Assembly (NCBI GenBank): GCA_051891335.1
Contig: JBJFFD010000046.1
Coordinates: forward strand, 1-63,619
Origin: Candidatus Scatovivens sp.
GTDB lineage: Bacteria > Bacillota > Clostridia > TANB77 > CAG-508
Direction: 5' to 3'
DNA length: 63,619 bases
The translations under genes and the position numbers were made by a program. Under the pieces are notes generated by a model that made no database searches, was not told the DNA's origin, and was given only the letters and a program-made list of their open reading frames with translations. Below are positions 1 to 9,988 of this stretch, in pieces; position 1 is the stretch's first letter; each line of letters begins with the position of its first letter.

Positions 1-486
1 CAAATATCTATTGTTCCAAGAGGTATGGCTGGAGGGTATACTATGTACAGACCATCTGAAGATAGATCATTTATGTCTAAATCTGAAATGGAAGAACAAA
101 TTATATCATTATTAGGAGGAAGAGTTGCAGAAAGCTTAGTATTAGGAGATGTTTCTACTGGTGCAAGCAATGATATTGAAAGAGCTTCTAAAATAGCAAG
201 AGACATGGTTACAAAGTATGGTATGAGTCAAAGATTAGGAACAATAACTTATGGTTCTGGTCAAGAAGAAGTATTCTTAGGAAGAGACTTTACACAACAA
301 AAGAACTTTAGTGAAGAAACTTCTAGTTTAATAGATGAAGAAGTAAAACAAATAGTTGGAACAGCTTATAAAAGAGCAGAAGAAATTTTGAATGCAAATA
401 TGGAAAAATTACAAGCAGTTGCAAATGTTCTACTTGAAAGAGAAAAAATTGATGGAGAAGAATTCTTAGAAATAATGAATTCATAA
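1..486 (+). CDS. ftsH: ATP-dependent zinc metalloprotease FtsH, C-terminal part (5' end lies outside the window)
   Basis: Frame 1 is open from base 1. The translation [18 protein letters not shown]...[23 protein letters not shown] matches the conserved M41 peptidase end of FtsH. Stop TAA at 484-486. Confidence 0.9.
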   Translation, partial: QISIVPRGMAGGYTMYRPSEDRSFMSKSEMEEQIISLLGGRVAESLVLGDVSTGASNDIERASKIARDMVTKYGMSQRLGTITYGSGQEEVFLGRDFTQQKNFSEETSSLIDEEVKQIVGTAYKRAEEILNANMEKLQAVANVLLEREKIDGEEFLEIMNS

Positions 487-518
487 TAGAATATAAAATA
501 TTAGTTTTAAAATTTAAG

Positions 519-545
519 GCGACCGTTTTGGTCGCTATTTTTATA
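519..545 (+). terminator. Intrinsic terminator after ftsH
   Basis: Stem GCGACC (519-524) / GGTCGC (530-535), loop GTTTT, followed by a T-rich tract. Confidence 0.6.
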
Positions 546-579
546 TAATAGGAAAGTTCGCTGAACTTCCTATTATATA
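542..579. repeat. Palindromic element, copy 1 (TATATAATAGGAAAGTT-CGCTG-AACTTCCTATTATATA)
   Basis: About 16-bp inverted arms with one bulged A. A second copy at 34676-34713 has compensatory arm changes. Both copies sit directly after an intrinsic terminator. Confidence 0.6.
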
Positions 580-831
580 AAGGCTTCGCAAATTATATTA
601 AGAAAATAAAACAACAACAAAATAAACTAAGAATTCCGTAGTATAAGTTAAAAAAGGACTAAAAAAAGTAATAGAAATTTAATAATATATTTAAAAAGAT
701 ATATGCGTAGTAAATAAAGGAAATCGTAACATAAACTGTTATTGAATTTAGATAAAAAAAAGACTAATATTATAATTAATAAAAGTGTAAACAAAGTTTG
801 TGAGATAGAAAAAGAAAGGAAAATAAAATAT

Positions 832-3800
832 ATGAACAATAAAAATAAAATTGTTATACCTAAATCATGGATGATAATAATTTTAATTATATCTATTGAA
901 ATTATGCTAGTATCATATTTGGGAACGAATGCAATTCTAAGAAAAATAGCAGGAAAAACTCAAAATTACCTATTAAGCGAAGTAGAACCTAAAGAATTAG
1001 GAGAAGATGCAGATAGTTGGAAGTTAAAAACCATGTTTATTGAAAGAGATGATGATGGTACAGAAACACAAACTGATGATATTACATGGAATGCAATAGA
1101 TTATAATGAATCTAAAATTATAACAGTTCAAATAAATTATAGTAACACAAATACAAAACAGGCTTATGCTCCGGGAGAACTAAAAATTGTAGTTCCAAAC
1201 TTAGGAAAAACTAAATATTGGTACCATAACTACAATGGAGAAGAGGTTAAAGATGTTGTTTACTATATAGCTGACGAAATTTCAGCAAGTGATCCTTATA
1301 GTGAAGAAGAAAAAGAAAAATGGAATTGGAGTTATGAATATGATGCTCTAAATGAAGTGTGTGTGTTTACCAATAATGAAGAGATAGAGGCAGGAACATC
1401 TTGTGAGGGTTCTATTCAAATGTCATATAATTTTAATAACATGAATAGTATGATTAATGGAACTGATTTAAACATAAAAGCTACATTAAATAATGAAGCA
1501 GAAAGCAATAATATTCATTTTGCATTTACATCAAAAAAAGATACTTTTTATAGTGAAGTAAGCACATATAAAATTAGTAATTATGAGGGTTTACCAGAAA
1601 ATGCAACAGAATATGTATGGGTAAAATATAATTTTTGCGTTAATAGACAAATAGATGGTATTAGATGCCGAATTAATGAACCAACTTTAAAAATTGATAT
1701 TCCTAAAAACAGTATATTAGTAAATAAAAATTTTGAAGAAGTTATTGCAAATAATGGAAAGTATATTTTACCAATTGAAATTCCATATACAAGTAATTAT
1801 TTTTATATTGGATATCTAGAAAGTGAATATAAAGATAAACAGATAGAAAATACATTTGAAGTATATGGGGAATATGGAGATTATGATTCTGATAGAGATT
1901 TTACAGGGGAACAAGAATTACTTACAAATAAAGAAATAACAATTAATATTAATGATTTTTTAATAGATACAAATAATTTATATGAAATAACACAAAGTGA
2001 CAACTATTTTTACTGTGCAGGTTCTTATCAAAATATTAAAGATGGACTTGCAAGATATTATTTTGGAATTAAACCAAAAATTAATTACGTAGATGGCAAA
2101 ATAACAGCAAGAATTGGTAATGATGTTTTAGCTATTACTGCAGAAGATGGAAGCTATAGAAAATTAGAAGACGATGAGTATTATTTTGCTAAAATTATAG
2201 TTCCGGTGTTTAGAAATTTAAATGATAATGAGATTCCTGAAGGAAAATATACTTACAGTATTTTTGTAAGGTACGCTAATGAAGAAAATTATGTTTTATA
2301 TGAAAAAAATTTGAAAAATACAAAAAGTGAACAAACAATTAGTTTTACAGAAGAAAATATTGTGGGCTGGTATATAGAAATTTATGATTTAGAAGAGTCT
2401 TGTAAACTAAGTCGTGATAGCTATATCGATTCATTAGAATCACATTTAAAAATACATGTTCAAGATAATATTACAAATTCTGGAAAGATATATAATTGGG
2501 CTTATCTACAAGCATATAAAAAGGATAGTAATGGCGAATTAGTATTGCAAAATGAAAGAGATTTAGAAAAACAACCATATTCTGAAATAGAAAAACAAAT
2601 TGATTTGCCAAATTATGATAAAAAATATTATAGAGTAAATCTTCAAAGAACTTTTTTAAGTTATGATTATACAGAAAATAGATTATTAGGTAGTTGTAAT
2701 TCTGAGATTCAAAATATAAAAGTAAAAGATGGTGACTTTTATATAAAAACTGATTTAATAACATACATAGAAAATGCAAGATTTGGTAGCCATATATTTA
2801 CTGAATTTAATGGCTGGAAAAACTGTTATATTTTTGATAAAGAAATAGAATTAGATATGACAGAAGAAGAAATAAAAAATAGTATTAGAGGATATAACTG
2901 GGATAAAGTATTGAAAAATAATAAAACTACTTTTAAAAGCGAAGAAGAATTTAATGAATTTATAAAAGATTGCGTTACTGTAAAAATAGACAGAAATTAT
3001 AAAAATATAGGAAAAAATTATGTAGAAATTATTTATGACTTTAGAGAAGTTCCACTAGATTTGTCTAATTTTATGAATGATTGCTATAATGGAGATTTGG
3101 GTATATATATATACTTTAATTTAAAGGTATCATATGAAGATTATAAAATGAATAGGAACATATATAGTTATAATATTTATACAATGAATTTAGATGATGA
3201 TGATTCATATGAGCTAAAATATTCTAATAAAGATTACGAAGACATTGACGAGGATGGAGATATTACTGAAATGATAGAATCATCTAGTCAATCAATAACT
3301 CTAGTTTATGCAGGTGAAACAAAACAAGAGCTACAAATGAGTATGCAAACAGTTTCAACAAATAATAAATATGTTATAGAAAATGCTTTGACTTATAAAG
3401 ATTATCCATATAGTTATAAATTAAGAGTAACTGCAGGTCCTAATGATTTGACCAATGTAGTGGTTTACAATGAAATAGAAACTGAAGGAGAAGGTTGGAA
3501 AGGCAGTTTTCAAGGTGTAGATACTTCTGTAGCAGAAAGCCAAGGATATAATGTAAAAGTATATTATTCAGAAATAACTGGAAATGGTAGTATTAAAGAT
3601 GACCCTAATTGGAAAGAATATATAGAAGGAGTTACAGACAAAACAAAAGTAAAAGCCATAGCATTTGATTATGGAAATTCTATTATTAAGTCTGGAAATG
3701 TAACATATGTTTTAATTAATATGCGTGGAAATTCACAAGATGAAGTAGAAGGTGTTTATGCGCAAAATAGATGCCATATAGAATGGAGTCCAATAGATAT

Positions 3801-6555
3801 TTTAGGAAATGTTATTGGAGATGCTCAAGGTATACAATCTAATACTACTGAAATTGGGTTTGCAACAGGAACGAAAAATTATGATGTTACATTACAATGG
3901 CCAGAAGAACTTGAAAAACCTGAAAACGTAACTATTAATTTGATAAGAGATGGCGAAATTGTAAAAACAATTGAACTTAATGAAGAAGATGAATGGAAAG
4001 GCGTATTTGAAGAAAACGAAATCTATACTGTTATTGATGGAAGTTTAACAGAGTCTGATTATAAAATACAAATTATAGAAAATAGTGGAGGAGATGCTTC
4101 TGATAATGAGTATTTCTACAACGTTGAAGAAGAAAAAGAAAAAGACGGTTTTATTATAGAAGCATATGGAAATGCAACAAAAGAATTAAGTTACAAGGTG
4201 CAATATATAAGCCTTGAGGATGGAAAAGAACAAATAAAAGAAGAAATTGTAAAAAGCAAAACTGTAAACTCTTCAGAACCAAATACATTAAAATTTGATA
4301 GAACTTTAGTAAACAGTATATATGAAGGCTATGAAATAAAACGAACTGAACCACAAACAATTGCTAGTACTGTAAATAATGGAGATATTATAAAAGTATA
4401 CTTGGATAAAATTGATTGTGATGTAATTATTAAATACATAGATAATAATAGAGGATGGAATGAACAAATTGCTGATACAGTAACAATAACTAAGAAGTAT
4501 GGAGAAACAGTTGATCTTTCTGAATATTCAAAAGAGATAGAAGGATATCAATTAATAGAAGCACCAGAAGAAAAGATAATTACATTAGCTGAAAAGGAAA
4601 AAGAATACATATTTTATTATGCAAAAAATACTTCATTTATAGTAAGGCTAAGGGATGCAGTAAGTAGTAAAATACTTTTTAAGACTGATCTAATACCTGT
4701 TGTAGTTGGGCAAAAATGTAATATAAATATAGAAAATGATAAGATTATAGTTATTATTGAAGGAACAAAATATGAATATCCGATTGGAGAAAGTCTTAAA
4801 GGCTATAGGCTTTTCAATAGTAGTGCGCCTTCTGAACAAACCATATATTATGGAGAAAATACATATGATTTTTATTACATAAGAGAAGCTTCACTTAGTA
4901 TTTATCAAATGGACGCTGAGGAAGAAGGAAGGACTTTTGAGGAAAAACATATAATAGGTTCAGTAGGTGATGATTTTTATACAGAAGCTATTAATATTAA
5001 AAATAAAGTTCTTGTTGGAATGGTAATAGGTGAAATTATAGATAATAATCCAGAAACCAAAGAAGGAATATTTGCTGGAATTCGTGATGGTAAATTAGTA
5101 TATTGTAATCAAGAAACTGGGGAAACTGTAGAACAACCAAGTAGTTACTCTGGAAAACTTTCAGAAAACCAGACGATAGTAATCTACTATTATGCAGGAA
5201 TTGAAGAATCAGAGGAAAAAGGTGTTATTGTAAAATGTGTTGATGTTGATACAGGAGGTTTAATAAATAATGATCTTATAATAGGAAATGTAGGAGATAC
5301 ATATGAAACATCACCTATAGATTTAAAAGGATATAAATTAGTTGAGGATAAGTTACCAGAAAATGCAAATGGACAAATAGCAGAAGATGTAACAGAAGTT
5401 ATTTATTACTATAAAAGTGTAAGAACATCATCTGTTGTTGGTGTATATATTAACCAAGAAACAGGAGCTGAACTTGAAAGAGAAATGCTTGCTGAAGGAG
5501 TTGTTGGAAAAGAATATAAATTAAATCCAAAAAATTCTATAACAATAGATGGAACAGAATATGTTTTAATAACAGAGAGAATGCCTGATGATATTAAAGG
5601 AACATTAGAACCAAATGAAAAAGAAGTGAAATTTTATTATGCAGAAAAATCAAAAGGTGTAACGAAAAAAGTGATAGACAAAACAACAGGAGAAGTAATT
5701 AAAACAATTTCATCTTCTGATGAACCAGGAAATGACTATGTTGGAAAACAAGTAGATAACTTACCACCAGTAATTCCAGGATATGATTTAGTTAGTGCTC
5801 CTAATGTAGAAGATATACCTCAAAAAATGACAAAAGAAGAAATTGTTTTAGAATATTATTATATTAAAAAAGTTACAATAACTGTAAAATATGTGGATAT
5901 TAATACAGGCAATGTATTATTAGAGTATAACTCAATAAAGAACGAAAATGTCGAAAGCACAATACAAATTACTAATAAACATCAAAATGATACATATGAA
6001 GCTAAACCTAAAATCTTCAAAGGATATGTACTAGTAGAAAGACCTGAAGAAGAGACTATTACTTTAGGAACAGAAGATGTTGTATTAACATATAAATATG
6101 GACGTGAATCTAAAGGAGTTGTTCTAGTAATTTGCGATTATGAAACAAAGCAACCAATAGATAGAATTGTTTTTAAAGATGAAAGCATTGAAGATTATGA
6201 AGGAAAAACATATGTTGTTACAATACCTGAAGTGGATGGATATGAATTAGTAACAGACATGCTTCCTGAAAATTCTGAAGGAAAAATGACAACAGAATTA
6301 ATTAAAGTAAAATATTACTATAAGAAAAAACAGGCCGAAGAGGAAATAAAAGAGGACATTAGTAATAATGTTACAGGAACAGGGGGAGAAAATAATATTA
6401 ACAATAATAATATAACAGTAGCAGGAAGCATAAATGGAAATTCATTACCAAATACAGGAGATAAAAAATTCTTTATTGCTATGCTGGCAATCATAAATGT
6501 TATATTAGGAAATATTATGCAAATAGGATTTTCTAAAAATAATAAGAAAAAATAG
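832..6555 (+). CDS. Giant LPXTG-anchored surface protein with tandem MucBP-like repeats
   Basis: ATG 832 follows AAGGAAA. The ORF-track start at 742 is an upstream TTG. There is an N-terminal hydrophobic signal/anchor (IIILIISIEIMLVSYLG). The C-terminal half has at least eight ~70-aa repeats ending in ..YYY(A/K) (for example VIVKCVDVDTGG...GYKLVEDKLPENANGQ...VIYYYK), typical of MucBP. The C-terminus is LPNTG plus a hydrophobic stretch plus KNNKKK, a sortase sorting signal. Confidence 0.8.
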   Translation: MNNKNKIVIPKSWMIIILIISIEIMLVSYLGTNAILRKIAGKTQNYLLSEVEPKELGEDADSWKLKTMFIERDDDGTETQTDDITWNAIDYNESKIITVQINYSNTNTKQAYAPGELKIVVPNLGKTKYWYHNYNGEEVKDVVYYIADEISASDPYSEEEKEKWNWSYEYDALNEVCVFTNNEEIEAGTSCEGSIQMSYNFNNMNSMINGTDLNIKATLNNEAESNNIHFAFTSKKDTFYSEVSTYKISNYEGLPENATEYVWVKYNFCVNRQIDGIRCRINEPTLKIDIPKNSILVNKNFEEVIANNGKYILPIEIPYTSNYFYIGYLESEYKDKQIENTFEVYGEYGDYDSDRDFTGEQELLTNKEITININDFLIDTNNLYEITQSDNYFYCAGSYQNIKDGLARYYFGIKPKINYVDGKITARIGNDVLAITAEDGSYRKLEDDEYYFAKIIVPVFRNLNDNEIPEGKYTYSIFVRYANEENYVLYEKNLKNTKSEQTISFTEENIVGWYIEIYDLEESCKLSRDSYIDSLESHLKIHVQDNITNSGKIYNWAYLQAYKKDSNGELVLQNERDLEKQPYSEIEKQIDLPNYDKKYYRVNLQRTFLSYDYTENRLLGSCNSEIQNIKVKDGDFYIKTDLITYIENARFGSHIFTEFNGWKNCYIFDKEIELDMTEEEIKNSIRGYNWDKVLKNNKTTFKSEEEFNEFIKDCVTVKIDRNYKNIGKNYVEIIYDFREVPLDLSNFMNDCYNGDLGIYIYFNLKVSYEDYKMNRNIYSYNIYTMNLDDDDSYELKYSNKDYEDIDEDGDITEMIESSSQSITLVYAGETKQELQMSMQTVSTNNKYVIENALTYKDYPYSYKLRVTAGPNDLTNVVVYNEIETEGEGWKGSFQGVDTSVAESQGYNVKVYYSEITGNGSIKDDPNWKEYIEGVTDKTKVKAIAFDYGNSIIKSGNVTYVLINMRGNSQDEVEGVYAQNRCHIEWSPIDILGNVIGDAQGIQSNTTEIGFATGTKNYDVTLQWPEELEKPENVTINLIRDGEIVKTIELNEEDEWKGVFEENEIYTVIDGSLTESDYKIQIIENSGGDASDNEYFYNVEEEKEKDGFIIEAYGNATKELSYKVQYISLEDGKEQIKEEIVKSKTVNSSEPNTLKFDRTLVNSIYEGYEIKRTEPQTIASTVNNGDIIKVYLDKIDCDVIIKYIDNNRGWNEQIADTVTITKKYGETVDLSEYSKEIEGYQLIEAPEEKIITLAEKEKEYIFYYAKNTSFIVRLRDAVSSKILFKTDLIPVVVGQKCNINIENDKIIVIIEGTKYEYPIGESLKGYRLFNSSAPSEQTIYYGENTYDFYYIREASLSIYQMDAEEEGRTFEEKHIIGSVGDDFYTEAINIKNKVLVGMVIGEIIDNNPETKEGIFAGIRDGKLVYCNQETGETVEQPSSYSGKLSENQTIVIYYYAGIEESEEKGVIVKCVDVDTGGLINNDLIIGNVGDTYETSPIDLKGYKLVEDKLPENANGQIAEDVTEVIYYYKSVRTSSVVGVYINQETGAELEREMLAEGVVGKEYKLNPKNSITIDGTEYVLITERMPDDIKGTLEPNEKEVKFYYAEKSKGVTKKVIDKTTGEVIKTISSSDEPGNDYVGKQVDNLPPVIPGYDLVSAPNVEDIPQKMTKEEIVLEYYYIKKVTITVKYVDINTGNVLLEYNSIKNENVESTIQITNKHQNDTYEAKPKIFKGYVLVERPEEETITLGTEDVVLTYKYGRESKGVVLVICDYETKQPIDRIVFKDESIEDYEGKTYVVTIPEVDGYELVTDMLPENSEGKMTTELIKVKYYYKKKQAEEEIKEDISNNVTGTGGENNINNNNITVAGSINGNSLPNTGDKKFFIAMLAIINVILGNIMQIGFSKNNKKK

Positions 6556-6577
6556 ATATTCTTTTAAATTATAAAAA

Positions 6578-6610
6578 AACCCATAATCTATAAAAGGTTA
6601 TGGGTTTTAA
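6578..6610. terminator. Bidirectional hairpin terminator between convergent adhesin and sortase genes
   Basis: AACCCATAA (6578-6586) pairs with TTATGGGTT (6598-6606), flanked by A-run and T-run. Confidence 0.6.
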
Positions 6611-6640
6611 AATGCATTATATAAAGCACTATTTATGAGA

Positions 6641-7384
6641 CTAGTGCTTTACTAATTTTGCAGAAACAATAATTCTATAATTTGTATTATTATCGCATGT
6701 ATATAAAGTTATTATATTATCATTGCTAGTAACAGGAACTTTAAAATCATAAATACTTTTTTCTCTTAAAGTATTTACATAGCTTATAAAAGCATCATCT
6801 GATGAAAAAATTATTTTTGCAATGAATTCTGAGGTTTTTATTTTAAAAACAGAAAATATTTTTGCTGTATAATGTGCTGTAGTAGTATAAAAATCAAATG
6901 AACAATTATCAGTATTTGAAAACCAATCATTTGTTAAAAGATTTTTTAATGTTCCAAACATACTATTATTCCTTCGATTGTGTCCATAGACAATAGTATT
7001 TTTATCAAGAGTTTCAAAATTATTTCTATAATCTGCAAAAATCCATCCTGCACTATTATAATTATTATAAAAGTTATGTGTTAAATAATAATCATTATCA
7101 GTTGCTTGTACAATAGGATAATTAATTTCTGTATTGTTAACTCTAATCCAACCAATGGTATCTTTATTAGTTTTTATTAAATTATCAAAATCGATTTGAA
7201 GTGATTCATTTGTAGATGTTTCATTAGGAAGAGATGTATCTGCAATAACATACTCATTTATGATATTATCATTTAAATTCTTGTTTTCTTTATTTTCTTT
7301 ATGCCAGTTATATAAAAGGTATAGTGAAATACAAATTACTATAATTGAAAATAAACGAAAAATAATTAATAACTTTTTTTTCAT
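6641..7384 (-). CDS. srtB: Class B sortase
   Basis: N-terminal TM segment. The motif IGWIRVNNTEINYPIVQATDNDYYLTHNF is typical of SrtB. A catalytic His region (VYGHNRRN) and a TLYTC active-site motif are present. Confidence 0.85.
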   Translation of the reverse strand: MKKKLLIIFRLFSIIVICISLYLLYNWHKENKENKNLNDNIINEYVIADTSLPNETSTNESLQIDFDNLIKTNKDTIGWIRVNNTEINYPIVQATDNDYYLTHNFYNNYNSAGWIFADYRNNFETLDKNTIVYGHNRRNNSMFGTLKNLLTNDWFSNTDNCSFDFYTTTAHYTAKIFSVFKIKTSEFIAKIIFSSDDAFISYVNTLREKSIYDFKVPVTSNDNIITLYTCDNNTNYRIIVSAKLVKH

Positions 7385-7752
7385 ATTATCACCAATAAAA
7401 TTATAAAATAAAAAAAAAAATAATACAATATAAATTTTCTGTAAAAAGTGTTTGCCTTTATACTGAAATTATATTAATAAATATGAGTTTTGGGATAAAA
7501 AAACAATAAATAAAATTAGGAATAATTCCTATTATCTCTTAAAAACATATTTAAAATTATATATAATTTTTTGAAAAATAAAAAAATTACAAAAAATTTA
7601 CCTAATTGTTATATAAAATTGGGAAAGTCTTGAGGGCAAACAACTATAGGAATTTAAAAAAATGTAATATTGAAAAAAATTGGAAAATGCAATTTAAGGA
7701 AAATGTTGGTAATAAAGCATTTGAAGAATTTAAAAACATAAAAACTATGCAT

Positions 7753-7780
7753 TTGACATTACTTTTTTAAATGTTAAAAT
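7753..7780 (+). promoter_or_regulatory. Sigma-A type promoter for nrdDG
   Basis: TTGACA (7753-7758), 16-nt spacer, extended -10 TGTTAAAAT (7772-7780), about 50 nt upstream of the nrdD ATG. Confidence 0.5.
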
Positions 7781-7829
7781 AAATTCAAAGAAGTAAAAGT
7801 TCTATAATTTAAAATAGGGGGAAACAATT

Positions 7830-9956
7830 ATGAAAGTAATTAAAAGAGATGGTAGAAAAGTAGAATACAATAGAGATAAGATAGTTATTGCAATTAGCAA
7901 TGCCAATAAAGAAGTTGGTGGAAAAGATAAAATTTCTAGAGCAGATATTGAGTTTATAACAAAATATATAGAAAAATTAGAAAAACCAACTATGTCAGTT
8001 GAAGACATACAAGATATTATAGAACGAAAACTAATGGAATTTGGAAAATTTACATTAGCTAAAAAATATATATTGTATAGAGATAAACATGCTTTAATTC
8101 GCCAAGCAAATTCAACAGATGAAAGTATATTAGGATTAATAAGAAATGAAAATAAAGAATTAGCAGAGGAAAATTCAAATAAGAATACAGTACTTGCATC
8201 AACACAAAGAGATTATATAGCAGGTGAAGTTTCAAGAGATCTAACTAGAAGGATATTATTGCCTGAAAAAATATCTAAAGCTCATGAAGATGGAATATTT
8301 CATTTCCATGACGCAGATTATTTTGTTCAACCAATATTTAATTGCTGTTTAATAAATATTGGAGATATGTTAGATAATGGAACAGTAATGAATGGAAAAA
8401 TGATAGAAAGTCCAAAAAGCTTTCAAGTTGCTTGCACAATAACAACTCAAATAATTGCAGCTGTTGCTAGTAATCAATATGGTGGACAATCTGTTGATAT
8501 GAAACATTTAGGAAAATACTTAAGAATTAGTAAAAACAAATATGAAAAAGAAATCACATCAAAATATGGAGATAAAGTTAGTAAAGATATTATTGATGAA
8601 ATGGTTTCTGATAGATTGAAAACAGAATTAAAAGCTGGTGTACAAACTATTCAATATCAAATAAATACTTTAATGACAACAAATGGTCAATCTCCTTTCG
8701 TTACTCTATTTTTACACTTAGAACCAGATGACGAATATATTGAAGAAAATGCAATGATTATTGAAGAAATTATAAAACAAAGATATGAAGGTATTAAAAA
8801 TGAAAAAGGAGTATATGTAACTCCTGCATTTCCTAAATTAGTATATGTACTAGATGAACATAACTGTTTAAAAGGTGGAAAATATGATTATTTAACAAAA
8901 CTTGCCGTAAAATGTTCTGCAAAAAGAATGTATCCTGATTACATTTCTGCTAAAAAAATGAAAGAAAATTATGAAGGAAATGTATTTAGTCCTATGGGAT
9001 GCAGAAGCTTTTTAAGCCCTTGGAAAGATGAAAATGGAAACTATAAATTTGAAGGAAGATTTAATCAAGGTGTTGTAAGTATTAATTTACCTCAAATTGG
9101 AATAATTGTTGGACAAGATGAAGAAAAATTCTGGAAGTTACTAGATGAAAGACTTGAATTATGCAAAGAAGCATTAATGTGCAGACATAATGCATTAATG
9201 GGAACAAAATCAGATATAAGCCCAATACATTGGCAATATGGAGCTATAGCTAGATTAGAAAAAGGTGAGAAAATAGATAAATTATTAATGGGTGGATATT
9301 CTTCAATTTCTTTAGGATATATAGGAATTTATGAATTAACAAAATTAGTAAAAGGAGTATCACATACAACTAAAGAAGGACATGATTTTGCTATAAAAGT
9401 AATGGAACATTTAAAAGACACTGTTGCAAGATGGAAAGAAGAAACTAATATAGGATTTGCATTATATGGAACTCCTGCTGAAAGCTTATGCTATAGATTT
9501 GCTCGCATAGATAAAGAAAGATTTGGAGAAATAAAAGATGTTACAGACAAAGGATATTATACAAATTCATACCATGTAGATGTAAGAGAAAAAATTAATG
9601 CATTTGATAAATTAGCATTTGAAAGTGAATTTCAAAAATTGTCTACAGGTGGAGCTATTTCTTATGTTGAAGTTCCAAATATGCAAAATAATATAGAAGC
9701 TTTAGAATCTGTTGTTAAATTCATTTATGATAATATTCAATATGCAGAATTCAATACTAAATCAGATTACTGCCATGTTTGTGGATTTGACGGAGAAATA
9801 AAAATTAATGAGAATAATGAATGGGAATGCCCACAATGTGGAAATAAAGATCATAGTAAGATGAATGTTACAAGAAGAACTTGTGGATACTTAGGAGAAA
9901 ATTTCTGGAATGTTGGAAAAACAAAAGAAATAAAGTCTAGAGTTTTACATTTATAA
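7830..9956 (+). CDS. nrdD: Anaerobic ribonucleoside-triphosphate reductase (class III RNR)
   Basis: N-terminal ATP-cone (MKVIKRDGRKVEYNRDKI), a C-terminal Cys4 zinc ribbon (CHVCG...CPQCG) and the glycyl-radical motif RRTCGYLG. RBS GGGGGA lies upstream. Confidence 0.95.
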   Translation: MKVIKRDGRKVEYNRDKIVIAISNANKEVGGKDKISRADIEFITKYIEKLEKPTMSVEDIQDIIERKLMEFGKFTLAKKYILYRDKHALIRQANSTDESILGLIRNENKELAEENSNKNTVLASTQRDYIAGEVSRDLTRRILLPEKISKAHEDGIFHFHDADYFVQPIFNCCLINIGDMLDNGTVMNGKMIESPKSFQVACTITTQIIAAVASNQYGGQSVDMKHLGKYLRISKNKYEKEITSKYGDKVSKDIIDEMVSDRLKTELKAGVQTIQYQINTLMTTNGQSPFVTLFLHLEPDDEYIEENAMIIEEIIKQRYEGIKNEKGVYVTPAFPKLVYVLDEHNCLKGGKYDYLTKLAVKCSAKRMYPDYISAKKMKENYEGNVFSPMGCRSFLSPWKDENGNYKFEGRFNQGVVSINLPQIGIIVGQDEEKFWKLLDERLELCKEALMCRHNALMGTKSDISPIHWQYGAIARLEKGEKIDKLLMGGYSSISLGYIGIYELTKLVKGVSHTTKEGHDFAIKVMEHLKDTVARWKEETNIGFALYGTPAESLCYRFARIDKERFGEIKDVTDKGYYTNSYHVDVREKINAFDKLAFESEFQKLSTGGAISYVEVPNMQNNIEALESVVKFIYDNIQYAEFNTKSDYCHVCGFDGEIKINENNEWECPQCGNKDHSKMNVTRRTCGYLGENFWNVGKTKEIKSRVLHL

Positions 9957-9988
9957 AAATAAAAATTAATAATAAATGAGGTATAACT

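Noticed and set aside
742-831. The ORF-track start (TTG 742) of the giant adhesin
   Set aside because: ATG 832 has an RBS-like AAGGAAA upstream and is immediately followed by the signal/anchor helix. The 30 extra residues are Lys/Asn-rich promoter-like DNA.
648-839. Many short antisense or overlapping ORFs in the track (for example 648-839, 2471-2779, 4154-4360, 7802-8008, 10697-10918, 13624-13836, 14238-14453, 15091-15423, 27882-28127, 32074-32310, 36416-36631, 40356-40586, 42574-42867, 45997-46245, 54521-54736, 59628-59892, 61832-62041, 62104-62636, 63378-63599)
   Set aside because: They lie inside, and opposite or out of frame to, long motif-bearing genes. They have low-complexity Leu/Phe/Ile/Tyr-rich translations typical of shadow ORFs in AT-rich DNA, and they lack RBSs.
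7385-7829. NrdR boxes or a B12 riboswitch in the 445-nt region upstream of nrdD
   Set aside because: I could not find a pair of 16-bp ACACwAtATaTwGTGT-like palindromes or the B12-box. Only the promoter and a short TAGGAAT-A-ATTCCTA palindrome (7517-7531) stand out.
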